A DNA stretch of 29,143 bases, taken from positions 62,001 through 91,143 of the forward strand of contig ML002210.1 in NCBI GenBank assembly GCA_003614675.1, written 5' to 3'. Position 1 is the stretch's first letter. Each line of letters starts with the position of its first letter. This document shows positions 11,107 through 21,566 of this stretch, piece by piece. The translations under genes were made by a program, and so were the position numbers. This DNA comes from Dimargaris cristalligena. Taxonomy: Eukaryota. The notes below the pieces were generated by a model. It was not told the DNA's origin and made no database searches. It saw nothing but the letters and a program-made list of their open reading frames with translations.

Positions 11107-12114
11107 ATGCTGCCCGTTAAAATTTTCTGTCTATTTGTGTATTTAGTTGGGGTTGCCTCAGCCTCCCATTACCACGAACACAACCCACCACCAAGCCGTT
11201 CAACAAGGAGGTTTAATTACAATCCTCCTCCAAGTTACATTGAAGGTCAGCTGAGTCGGCGAAGGCCCTCCCACGCGGATTTGCTCGCCAATGAACACTT
11301 TGTAGAACCTACCAGCCCGGTACATCTTCACCACCGCACCCTTGCGAAGCGTGACGCCATGTTCGGCTCCGACTATTCCCAACAGGACAGTGAGTCCTCC
11401 AGAGTAGCGATGATTATAGTCGGTAGCCTGGGGGGAGCGTTTGGGCTCATTGTCGTCGTCTTGGTTGCTCGCTGCATTCTCAGACTCCGCCGCCGCCAGG
11501 ACCGTGCCCGAGCCCGGGCCGAACGTCGACGCCAGGGTATCGAGTCTCTCTCTTCGCGCGTAGGCCGCTCACGTCGACATCCTCTAGACCCCCAATTATT
11601 AGTGTATTTACCCATTATTGATACGAAGCGAACCGATGTGTCCAGTCTAGAACAGCCGGCCGACACCGCCGAGGTGGACGAGATACCCGACGATGATACC
11701 AGTGGGATGGAAATAGATTTAGGCGAAAGTTCGCTTTCGATGCAGTCCGGCCCTATCACACCCATGCTCGTTCCCACAAGCACGCATCCCACGGGTAACC
11801 TAAGCGCCGTGGATGAAAAAATGTCCGTTAGGATTATAGGCACTGGTACGTCGCCCACCACTTCAAATGTACATGAAGCCTGTGCGATATGCATCGATTA
11901 TATTACCAAGGGCCAGAAACTTCGACAGCTGCCCTGCAAGCACCTTTACCATGTGGAATGCATTGACCAGTGGCTGGTTGATAAGTCGGCCACCTGCCCC
12001 CTATGCAAATTCAACGTAGCCAAACACTGCATTGCCAAAGCCGGCCCCCGTTATCGTTCTCCTCCACGAAAAAAGTCCCCCCAACCAATCCCCGATTTAG
12101 CTCCGGCCATGTAG
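11107..12114 (+). CDS. Membrane-anchored RING-H2 E3 ubiquitin ligase (signal peptide, short ectodomain, TM, RING-H2), about 335 aa, intronless
   Basis: Signal peptide MLPVKIFCLFVYLVGVASA; TM VAMIIVGSLGGAFGLIVVVLVA followed by an Arg-rich stop-transfer segment; RING-H2 CAIC...LRQLPCKHLYHVECIDQWL...TCPLC. Confidence 0.9.
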   Translation: MLPVKIFCLFVYLVGVASASHYHEHNPPPSRSTRRFNYNPPPSYIEGQLSRRRPSHADLLANEHFVEPTSPVHLHHRTLAKRDAMFGSDYSQQDSESSRVAMIIVGSLGGAFGLIVVVLVARCILRLRRRQDRARARAERRRQGIESLSSRVGRSRRHPLDPQLLVYLPIIDTKRTDVSSLEQPADTAEVDEIPDDDTSGMEIDLGESSLSMQSGPITPMLVPTSTHPTGNLSAVDEKMSVRIIGTGTSPTTSNVHEACAICIDYITKGQKLRQLPCKHLYHVECIDQWLVDKSATCPLCKFNVAKHCIAKAGPRYRSPPRKKSPQPIPDLAPAM

Positions 12115-14301
12115 CACCGCCGGCTCGTCGTATTTGTTGCAATAGTGACTTGGGTTATTTCCCAGCATCGAGGCTATGCTGATGATCTTGACAGGGGCTC
12201 TCTATACACTCCCATTGATAATCCCCATGCGTTTCGTATAACTTGTGAATAAATACTTCTTTAATTAACCACAAGCCAATACACTTGCTTTTCAAAGTCC
12301 TTCTCTACCACGTAGGTCGAGTTGGTCATTTTTAAGTATACATTAATTCCTTTATTGAGGTATAGAGAGCTCAGAGCGATGTGCATTATTTTTTCGACTT
12401 TTCCTGTATTCATCAGTTGGCCGGTTGGAGCTGTAACTATTCACCACCTATTTGTCGGGAGTGATTCTAGTATGAGAGCCCAGCGGCGTGTTCTCGTTGG
12501 CGGAGCCGGGAGACGGTTCGGGTTCCGGGTGATCGACCTTGCCCAACGGCTACCCTTATTATGCCGGAAGAAGAGTTGACAGACAGATTTATGACCTATT
12601 TTGGTCCGAAATAACCCAGGGTTTTAACTAGAACTAGCCTCGATGATCGGCTTAATGATTTGCGTCATTTTACCATTTATATATTGCTAGGCGATCATTA
12701 TATCCCACTGTCTACACAAGGTCGTTCCGTTATGGGTAGAAATATGAGGATTCTTATCAAAATCTACTTATCAAAGCATACATCAGATGCGAGGAGGGAG
12801 GGGCATCTAAAGAAGTTCGTAATAACTTATAAATCATCAATGGTTTAGGCAGGAACGCTTAGAAATAAATAAATACGTCGAGCGTTACGTAGTGCAGTGG
12901 TGAATCGCTAAAGATAGAGCTCCTGAGTAGATCATACATTAGTTCTCCTAAATAAGCAAGCTACTTTGGCTAGATCTATTTTCAGTAATCTGCCGTATCT
13001 GCTTGCAATTGCATTTCTCTATTACCTCCCGTTTCACTTTGACTAATATGGGAGATACTAAGCCTGGTTGCATAGCAAAACATATAGCTTGACGAGACAG
13101 GTAACGCTGGTTAAAACGATATCCCGTAGATTTCTAAACTACATATCATTGAAAGTTCTATACAGTTCTGTAGACAATCAACCGTAGGAATATTTTCGGG
13201 TTTCAATTTCACCTCCCGTGACGAAAACATTGGTACTGGATTTCCACTTTAGGTATGGGCTACTGTTTCGCGGATCATTGGGGAGAATAGGATCGGCCAA
13301 TACTACCTACTTGGGCAGTTAGATCATAGCCCCGGTTGATGAATACCTCTGCCTATAACCTTGATCAAGTACTACTTTAGGGAGAAAAACACTGAACGAT
13401 CTGTGAGTTAGGCCATTGGTACGTTGGAAAGATTCATCACAGATAAAGAAGCCCGTTGTATGTCCTTGAAAATGGTGTAATGCTGCGACTCCGTTGAAAT
13501 TTTTAGCCAGTACTCGATATTGTAATTAACCCAGAATTATTGATTAGACCATCCCGACAAACTAGTTAGTTATGGATATTGTCGGCTTATTTCTATGTCA
13601 TCTGGGTTCACTCCGTCGACCTTGTAAAATATATAGCCTTGGGCTGGCGACCGAAACCCAGCCTATTTGTTCAACCACTTTAATTAATGGCGATATATTG
13701 GTATTTGAAATGAAATTCAACATAAAATAGTGTAAAGAATCAAGCAAAATGGCGGGGTTTAGCCGGAAGTTGCGTTGGAGGCATCTCTTTACTTTGGTTA
13801 AGAGAACGCGACCCCCTAACCGGCAATGGCCCAACTCCCTTTAACCCATTTCCCGGTATATTCATCCCATGGCCTATTTTTTATTAGGGACTAATGTTCA
13901 CGTTTGGCATTTGAATAATCGCGAGCTCTTTTTTGTTGTGAAGGTATTTAGTGGCTTCATTATACCGAGTCAATGGCCCGACTTTGCATGTCTAGTTTTT
14001 TTTATAGTTCGCTGTATAATAAAACAATAAAGGGTTTATAGAATTCCTCCGGTGACAGGCGTCAAGAGATAATGTTAATGGAATTATAGCATGGTTTATA
14101 GGCCTCTTCGAGTGGACGTCTCATATGGCACAGGTAGTCCTTACAACTACAGCAAAAAGACCCCATGGAGAAATCTAAAACCTAATGTACGCCTTAGCCC
14201 ATTCGTTAGTAATTTTAAAACCCCTTTCTAGTGTTGACCTACCTACGCCCTCTTTAGTTTGACCTTATTTTACCCACTTTTACTGGCTGCCCGTTCCCCC
14301 C

Positions 14302-15003
14302 ATGGAGTACGACGATGACATCGATCCGTTTGAAGCTCGCCTAACATTTGTTGAAATGTTGAGCAAGGTCACCGCCAATATCCAGACCACCCAGCGGCCC
14401 GTCACTTTTGCCATGCGCCACGTTTCTTTGTACGAGGATCTGTACCAGTGCATTCTCGAACGGATGGACGCCCTCTCCGTCGCATCCCGACTTAATCTCC
14501 TGGGCGTGATCGACGCCCTCTGCACGGTAAGCCTGGGTCGGCAGTTCAAGGACTACGCCAATCTAGTTGAACGCGACCTGGTGGCGATCTTCGAAAAAGT
14601 CATCCCCGAGGGCACCGAGGGGGACGTGAATATGGCGGAAGCTCGCAAGATTTTCGAGTCGTGGAAACGGCGGGGTCTGTTCCGCCATTCGGCCAATATG
14701 AGTAAAGTCGAGTCGGAATTCAGCAAGCGCCGGCAGGGCACGGAGCCCATCGCCGGGGAAACGACGATGCGTAATACCGACATTTTGCGTCGCATGGACG
14801 AGGACCGGGAGCGTCATAAGCGTACCAAGGAGGAAATCTGGCTCTGCATCGATGAGTCCGAAGAGGCTGAGTTTGAATCTGCCTGGGAAAACACCTCCGA
14901 TTTAAATCCGGAGGACGCCCGGGTCATTCAGGAGGAAAATCGCAACTATATCCCCAAGTATCCGTGGCGGGAGGATTTCACTCAGTACCTACCTGCTGTA
15001 TAA
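14302..15003 (+). CDS. CTK3: RNA polymerase II CTD kinase I subunit gamma (Ctk3), 233 aa, intronless
   Basis: DPFEARLTF..ML, EDLYQCILERM, RLNL, N-terminal CID-like domain, C-terminal ILRRMDEDRERHKR.KEEIW...EFE.AWE.TSDLN.ED signature. Confidence 0.93.
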   Translation: MEYDDDIDPFEARLTFVEMLSKVTANIQTTQRPVTFAMRHVSLYEDLYQCILERMDALSVASRLNLLGVIDALCTVSLGRQFKDYANLVERDLVAIFEKVIPEGTEGDVNMAEARKIFESWKRRGLFRHSANMSKVESEFSKRRQGTEPIAGETTMRNTDILRRMDEDRERHKRTKEEIWLCIDESEEAEFESAWENTSDLNPEDARVIQEENRNYIPKYPWREDFTQYLPAV

Positions 15004-15305
15004 TCCATTACGCTTGATCCGATTGAGGGGCCTTTTCGAGTTGTACAGTAGTCAATAAATAAATCAAAGTATTTCGCCTGGTCAATATAGGTCTGTAATC
15101 ATCCGGTGAATTAATTGCTCCCGCTTTTTATTACAGCTTATTTGGTTAATATAGCGCCGAATGCGTTGCAGTTCACCCCCCCTCCCCAATATGCTAAATT
15201 AGCCAATTACGATTTAGTTTAGGTCCGGACGAGTTGGCAGTCAATCAGGGACTCGGTTATCGTATAGAGAAACGTACTATACTGTTACTTATTGGTATAG
15301 CACGC

Positions 15306-18300
15306 TTAAAGTCCCAGGGTTTGGCGGGACTGCTGAGCCCATCGCTGCCGCAATGCCTCAGTGGCGGTCCGGGTGGACGCAGGCAGACGGCTCTCCGTGT
15401 CAAGCCACAGCCATGGTACTCGGTTTAAATTTGTCGGAGGGCTTTGGGGGTTGGGTTGGTTGGAAGAGGCGTGCGTTGGTGTCGGGGGGTACGGTGGGAT
15501 TAGTATTGCCGAACGCAGCTCCGGATCTCTGTTACGGCCATAATTATATCGAAATGTAGTGTTAGTCGCCGACTCCACAAAGCACAGTGAGCGCTATGCA
15601 TACTCGTAGTTACTCGATACGGACATTATACCAAGTTCAGATATTTTAAGTAATTCACATTATGGTTAACTCACCGGTGGGTGTGGTTGATAAAAGATCG
15701 GGTAAACTCCGCAATTAATGCGGGATCATGTGTTTCCAGATGGGTGTACAGCTCTCGTAATTTCAAAATCGATTGGTCTCTTTCTATATACTCCCGGGAG
15801 CCGGTATGTAACTAATTTGATAATAACGTCCAATCGTCAAACGGATGAGTAAATCTTAAGATACATAGTCAAATCTAGGCATAACGGCGAATGTGGCTGA
15901 TCCACATGCGAATCTGACTCCAAAAAGCGCTTAATATTAGGCCAACTTTGACAAATTTAGATTGCAATCACACCGGTGCTGTACTTACCTCAGCAAGGGC
16001 GGGCATAATTGCGCGATTAAGAAGGTGCTTGCCTAAGCAGCATTCCTCCGAATTAGCCTCCGCATTGATTTTGGGTGGCTGGGAATGCGGCCGTTTATTT
16101 TCCTGGAGAGGAGCCTGGCTCCTAAGTATAATTTACAGAGCGAAGTATGGGCAGTCATTCAGAGCTTAATAGACATAGTATGGGGACTTACGAGCCGACG
16201 CTTAGTGTAAATTAGGCGAATATTAAAGGGAAATAAACCTTACCGTGTTGCTGGCTATTTATTGGAGAGTGTGGTTTCAAAAACGGAGCAATATGTGTTT
16301 ACTATTAGTTCTAATCAATCAGTAATAAACGGGTCGAATATTTGGACATGATAATTTATAATACACAGTTGCGAATTACCAGCACTGCAACAACACATTG
16401 CTTTAGCTTGGTACATTCCAGCGGGTGGCCAGCCTACAAATCTATAGTATCACGGATTTGATGGTTGAACGCGGTGACTTACCTTGGATGTTGAAGTGGG
16501 GATTCTGCGTTGGGTGGGTGTGGGTGAAGGTACTTCCATTTCAAAATCCCAGCGGAAACTCTGGTCAAGGGCATCCGGGCTAATGGTTGGGTGGGTTACA
16601 ATAGATTAATCAATTGGGTCAAAATAGCACAGATTATAGTCGTCACTCTGATCTTTTATATAATAATCTAAATACATGTATGATAGAATGTGAGGGCATG
16701 TGGTTGAGTGTACACTTTATCCAGCAACACTTCTGGAGTGCGAATTAATGGTTGATGATAATTATAAAACTTACCTATGTGACACTGCACTAGTACCATG
16801 GCTCTCCTTCTTCTGGCTAACCAAAGATGGCGATGTTTCTTGATGAGGCGTGAGGCTTTCTGTGACCAGCAGTTGGAGTGACTCCGATCCCAGATGGTGG
16901 TTCAATAAGAAGGGGTGCAATAATAATTGACTAGCACTGGGCCGCTGTATATTGATGGTTATAAAAAACCCCCCCGATTGTGAAATCCAAGTATTTTTGG
17001 CGTGCAGAAGTTCCTAATTAGCTCCCAACCAAACAAATACCAGATACTAGCAATTTCAGTTCCATGGTCTGGAAATGTATACTTCCGGTGAGGCAAATGC
17101 TTACCTGGCGGGCTTCTTTCACGAGGCAGCACCGAAGGAAATCGTGGAAAGTACTGCTGAATTTGGATTTGGCTGATATGTCTAATTCGGGAGGCGGGTT
17201 TTTAGGGATTTGAAAGAGCGCCTTCATCGGGTGCAAGTTGGCGTATGGAGGTAAGCCTTGGGCCATTTCAATAGCCGTTATACCAAGCGACCAAATGTCA
17301 GCCTATAGAATTAAATACCAATATTGGTTAGTGGTTCTTTGTTGAGGGTGGTCTTACTTACCTCGTTGGAGCCAATCCACCAAAGTTGGGAAAAGACGAA
17401 TATTGCACCAGCCTTACCTTTTCATTGTATTCAGCACGCTGGATCACTTCGGGAGCCATCCAATACTATGTTAAAGAGGTAGTTATGTGGGGTATTAGAG
17501 AGGAAAATCATACAATTAATTACTGTGGGTGGTTAATTACGAAGCTGCAGTCCTTTGTGCTATTGGGGGGGGGGGCACGCGAGTCGCTTCTTTACCTTGA
17601 AATATACAATTCCAATAACCAGTAGGATAAATGAGCAGGCATATTACTTACAGGGGTACCGACAAAAGTCATACGTTTACTCTTTTGTTCGGATAGTTGA
17701 GCGGCCACACCAAAGTCGGCTAGTATCGAGGAAATTGATGAGAACATATAAAGATAGCTTAGTCGAACTCCAAGATAATAGTTAGTGATCAGTATAGAAC
17801 AGTTTATTCCACCAAGATATCCGCGAGCATTGCTGAGATGAGAGGGATTCCATAAAGGATGAGGCTAGGAAAACTTACCAAATTTGACTCTGCCATCGGA
17901 ATTAACTAGTACATTGGCACCTATCGAGAAAATAAATACACGCCCCAGTAGAACAGCTTTTAGTTTAGTGAGCACAATGCACCAGATACTGTATGGCTTA
18001 AAAACCCCTATTTGGCTGTGAATCCGTATTTGTAATTATTATTCTGCGGTGCACTATTGGGCACAGTGATTTACCTGGTGACTTACACTTAATATCCCGA
18101 TGGATTTTGCTCTCACTATGCAGATACACCAAACCCTGGAGGAGCTGGTGGATGGTGTACGAAATCTGGTCCTCCGAAAACGGGCGTATCTTTAGCTATG
18201 AGTCCGAATATAATGTAGTAGATGGGGGCTTAGAAACCTATGTTAGCCATAATTTTAGAAATCATCCACAATGACCGGAATTTAAATGTTACGAGGCCTA

Positions 18301-19074
18301 ATCCATACGGTGGCCAAAGGAGTGTATATTCCCTAATAATATTGGTTGGGGGCTATATAATTAAAGCTAGATATACATTCATCCACCTAAAGTAAAACTC
18401 GGCTTTCAGCCCATCTATAAGGACTTACCAGATCAAGGCAAGACCCTCCGTTCATATATTCCATCACTATGTCAAGCGGGTAGTTTGGTCCGATGGCCAC
18501 ACCATGGGGAAGGTTATATAAGTCATATTGGAATATAGGTTAAAAATAGAGATGATAAAAATGAGAGCAATAATTTTAAACCATTCAAAAAAATTATATA
18601 TATGCTTATTCATTAAAGAATAATTATCGGAATAGTGGACTTACCAATCCACAGTCTAAATCCCCGAACCATTGCGCCATAGTATTTCGTTACGAAGGGT
18701 GAATTGCAGCACTGGGACAAAACATGAATTTCCTGCTGAATATGTCCAAGGTCTTCGTCGGCGGAGTCCAGGTCGATTTGTTTGATTGCGACGGTTTTAC
18801 CAGTCTCCTCGTGCGTGCTGGTATACGTTTGTTTAGCACAAAACAAGATGGAGTTTACGGATATATGAATAATTAAGAGCAAACATCATGCAAAGTGTAT
18901 TTGATGGCTGAAAGGGCCCTGCAATTAATACTACCAGCAAAAAAATGGCGGTCGAGGGGCCTGTCACTCGCAACCTAAGAAAGATGAGTGGTGGGTTACT
19001 TACGCCTTGTAGACCACGCCGAAAGAGCCGCTGCCGAGTTTCTCATGCAGAGTGTACTCGCTGTCAATCTTCAT
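15306..19074 (-). CDS. Ste20-family GCK-III/Sid1-like Ser/Thr kinase, 14 exons, about 505 aa
   Basis: Exons (minus strand) 19074-19004, 18817-18645, 18466-18429, 18195-18087, 17920-17879, 17719-17652, 17465-17418, 17302-17105, 16944-16775, 16579-16483, 16254-16244, 16121-15989, 15811-15675, 15528-15306 (1518 nt, phases consistent). Motifs [73 protein letters not shown], a post-kinase WDF, a helical C-terminal region and terminal EALRQRW. Confidence 0.9.
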
Positions 19075-19588
19075 ACTGGGCGGTGGGGCAAAAGAGGGGG
19101 TTGGACTGGCGGCAAAGTGAGGATGTACCGAGGGTGGTGTCGCATGTAATAGTGACTTCCACGGGGAATTCCAGGCAATAGGCAGGCGCGGACAGTCGGC
19201 GTTCGAATGGGAGAGGGTCCTAGGGAATGGGAAGGGAGGCTGCGTTCGTATTCGGGGGAAATATGAGTTTAAGCGTAAGTTAACGTCCCATTCACTAGGC
19301 TGAGGTGGTGCAAGGCTCGCTGGACAAGATCTTCCAGTGCCAGCACAGTACAACTGTGTAACCCAATAAGCAAGACCAACGGCCCAAGTCAACCTTCCTC
19401 CACCATAGCTCCCCCCCGGTCAAACGTCGTTTCTCCCTTGCGATTTGATTAGTCTTTTTCACCAGTACATTCTTTTGAACTTTGCAAGACTTACTTCCTG
19501 AAGGCCTTTGGACCGCGACAATAGCTATTTGTTCCTGTTTGCTATACACCACAGTGCCCTTGAATACTGTTTTCGTTGCATTCCGACC
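19075..19588. promoter_or_regulatory. Putative bidirectional promoter (kinase / Trm6)
   Basis: Head-to-head start codons 514 bp apart. Confidence 0.5.
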
Positions 19589-21274
19589 ATGACTGAAGTT
19601 GATTGCCCCCCTAAGCCTCTAGAGTGCTACCTGATCCAGGCCCATCAGCCGGTTATCCTCAAACTACCCAGTGGTAACCACAAGTTCGTTAAAGTAGTTC
19701 CCGGCGAATATTGTAACTTGGGCAAATTCGGTAAATTCCAGAATGATGATATTATTGGACGGCCGTTCGGTTTAACCTTCGAAATCATCGACCGGGGCCA
19801 CGCCCGCCCCGCCAAGGCCCAGACCCTGGATGCTGTTGGTAAGTGCCCCCATGTTTATCTGAATTTACGATTACCCTGGTTCTACTTGCGCAAGATAACA
19901 GCCGGGCCCCATTTTAATCATTATTTATCCCAGTCCCATGTCCCTCTTTTTTATTTCTCCCTTTCCAGAGGAAACAACCGCCACGAACCGCGAAATTTTT
20001 GATAATCCCGCCGCCCAACAGCTGAGCCACGAGGAGATCGAACAGCTTAAAAAGTCGAGCCTGGCCGGTGATGTGACCCACGAGGAACTCATTGGTAAAG
20101 TGGTGGAGAACAACCTCTCATTCGAGCAGAAGACCGAATTTTCCAAGGCCAAGTACATTGAGCGCAAAAAGAAGAAATTCGGTAAAAAATTCACTGTGGT
20201 CGAACCTACTCTGCACAATGTGTGCAACTTGTACTTTAGCAAAAACCCCATGAAGATCCGCGATCTCCGGGTTGATACGCTTTCCCAGGTTGTCACCAGC
20301 GCTAACCTCAATGCCTACTCCAAAATTCTGGTAGTCGACGATACCCAAGGCCTAGTGCTCTCGGCCGCCCTCTCCCGAATTAGCCCCCTGGGCAATGTTA
20401 TCGCTGTCCACGAAAGCGACAGCGTCTCCTACGATGTGCTTAAGCACATGAATTTCCCCGAATCGATTATGGAGCGTTTACACCTTATTTCATGGTCTCG
20501 GGTATCGCGCGATTGCGCCGGTAAGTATGCCACAATATACTACACCGGGCCTCCACCTCTACCTTGCTTACTTTTGAAATTACGGAGGACCTGCGATAGT
20601 CTTAGTTACCCTTATTGGCAAGATACTTTCAGGCATTGCCTTTCTCCCTGGCACTTGGCCAGAACCTGGCTGTTGTCCACCTCTCGACCTACTCCTCTAA
20701 TATTGTCGCCACTTAACTTTCATGATTCCACTTAATTATTATCACCCCTCTAGCTACATTCGAGGAAAAGGACACCACGGGCCTATCGCCAATAGAACTC
20801 GTCAGTTACGAGCGTCGCGTCAAAGCCTACCGCCGTACTAAGGCAACCCAGGAACTTCTCTGGGGCGGTAACCTGGATGGTATTATTATCGCCAGCCACT
20901 ACGATCCCGTGAGTATCTTGGACGAACTTGTCCCGTACATTGGGGGGTCCCGCCCGATCGTTGTCTACAGCCCCGATAAGGAAACCCTCCTTGCCGCAGC
21001 CGCCCAACTTAAGGTCAAACCCGACTATCTCAACCCGCAAATTACCGAAAGCTGGATGCGTGAGTACCAGGTTCTTCCTGGCCGCACCCACCCCACTATG
21101 ACTATGAGTGCCGGGGGCGGGTATTTGCTTACCGCCGTGAGAGTTTTCGATACCCCCGAGAAAGTCCCCATGTACTCGACGGACAAATTGGCTGCCAAGG
21201 TTTCGCGCTCGGGCCGCGTGGACGATAGGCAATTCGCCACCCCCGCCGCTTCGGACACTGCTATGGAATTGTGA
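19589..21274 (+). CDS. TRM6: tRNA m1A58 methyltransferase non-catalytic subunit Trm6/Gcd10, 3 exons, about 440 aa
   Basis: Exons 19589-19838, 19969-20520, 20754-21274 (1323 nt). LGKFGKF..DDIIGRPFGLTFEI, NREIFDN..AQQLSHEEIEQLK, FEQKTEFSKAKYI.RKKKK, DLRVDTLSQ, SRPIVVYS, E.WMREYQVLPGRTHP.M.M..GGGYLL. Confidence 0.95.
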
Positions 21275-21566
21275 GCACGTTATTTGTTCCATGATGATTT
21301 ATTGGATGGCGGAAGTGGTAAATATCCGCCCTTGACTAATCAGGCATATAACCAAACGGCCAGTATTTAATGACATTGATTCGAATGTATTCGTTATATC
21401 GTATTGTTATCATTTGTGAATACCATTGATAGTTAGCTAGTTTCACCGGTTTTGCGTCTAATTGCGTTAGAAGACCCTTTGATGCTTAGCATTTTTTTTA
21501 ATAAACAAACTGCCAATATCCCCGGCCTTGATAGCAACGTAGAATGAACACCGAACACATGGGTGA

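Noticed and set aside
6550-12614. 15-nt exact match TTTGGTCCGAAATAA at about 6550 and 12600
   Set aside because: One 15-mer match is roughly expected by chance in 29 kb; the flanks differ and there are no terminal inverted repeats or target-site duplications.
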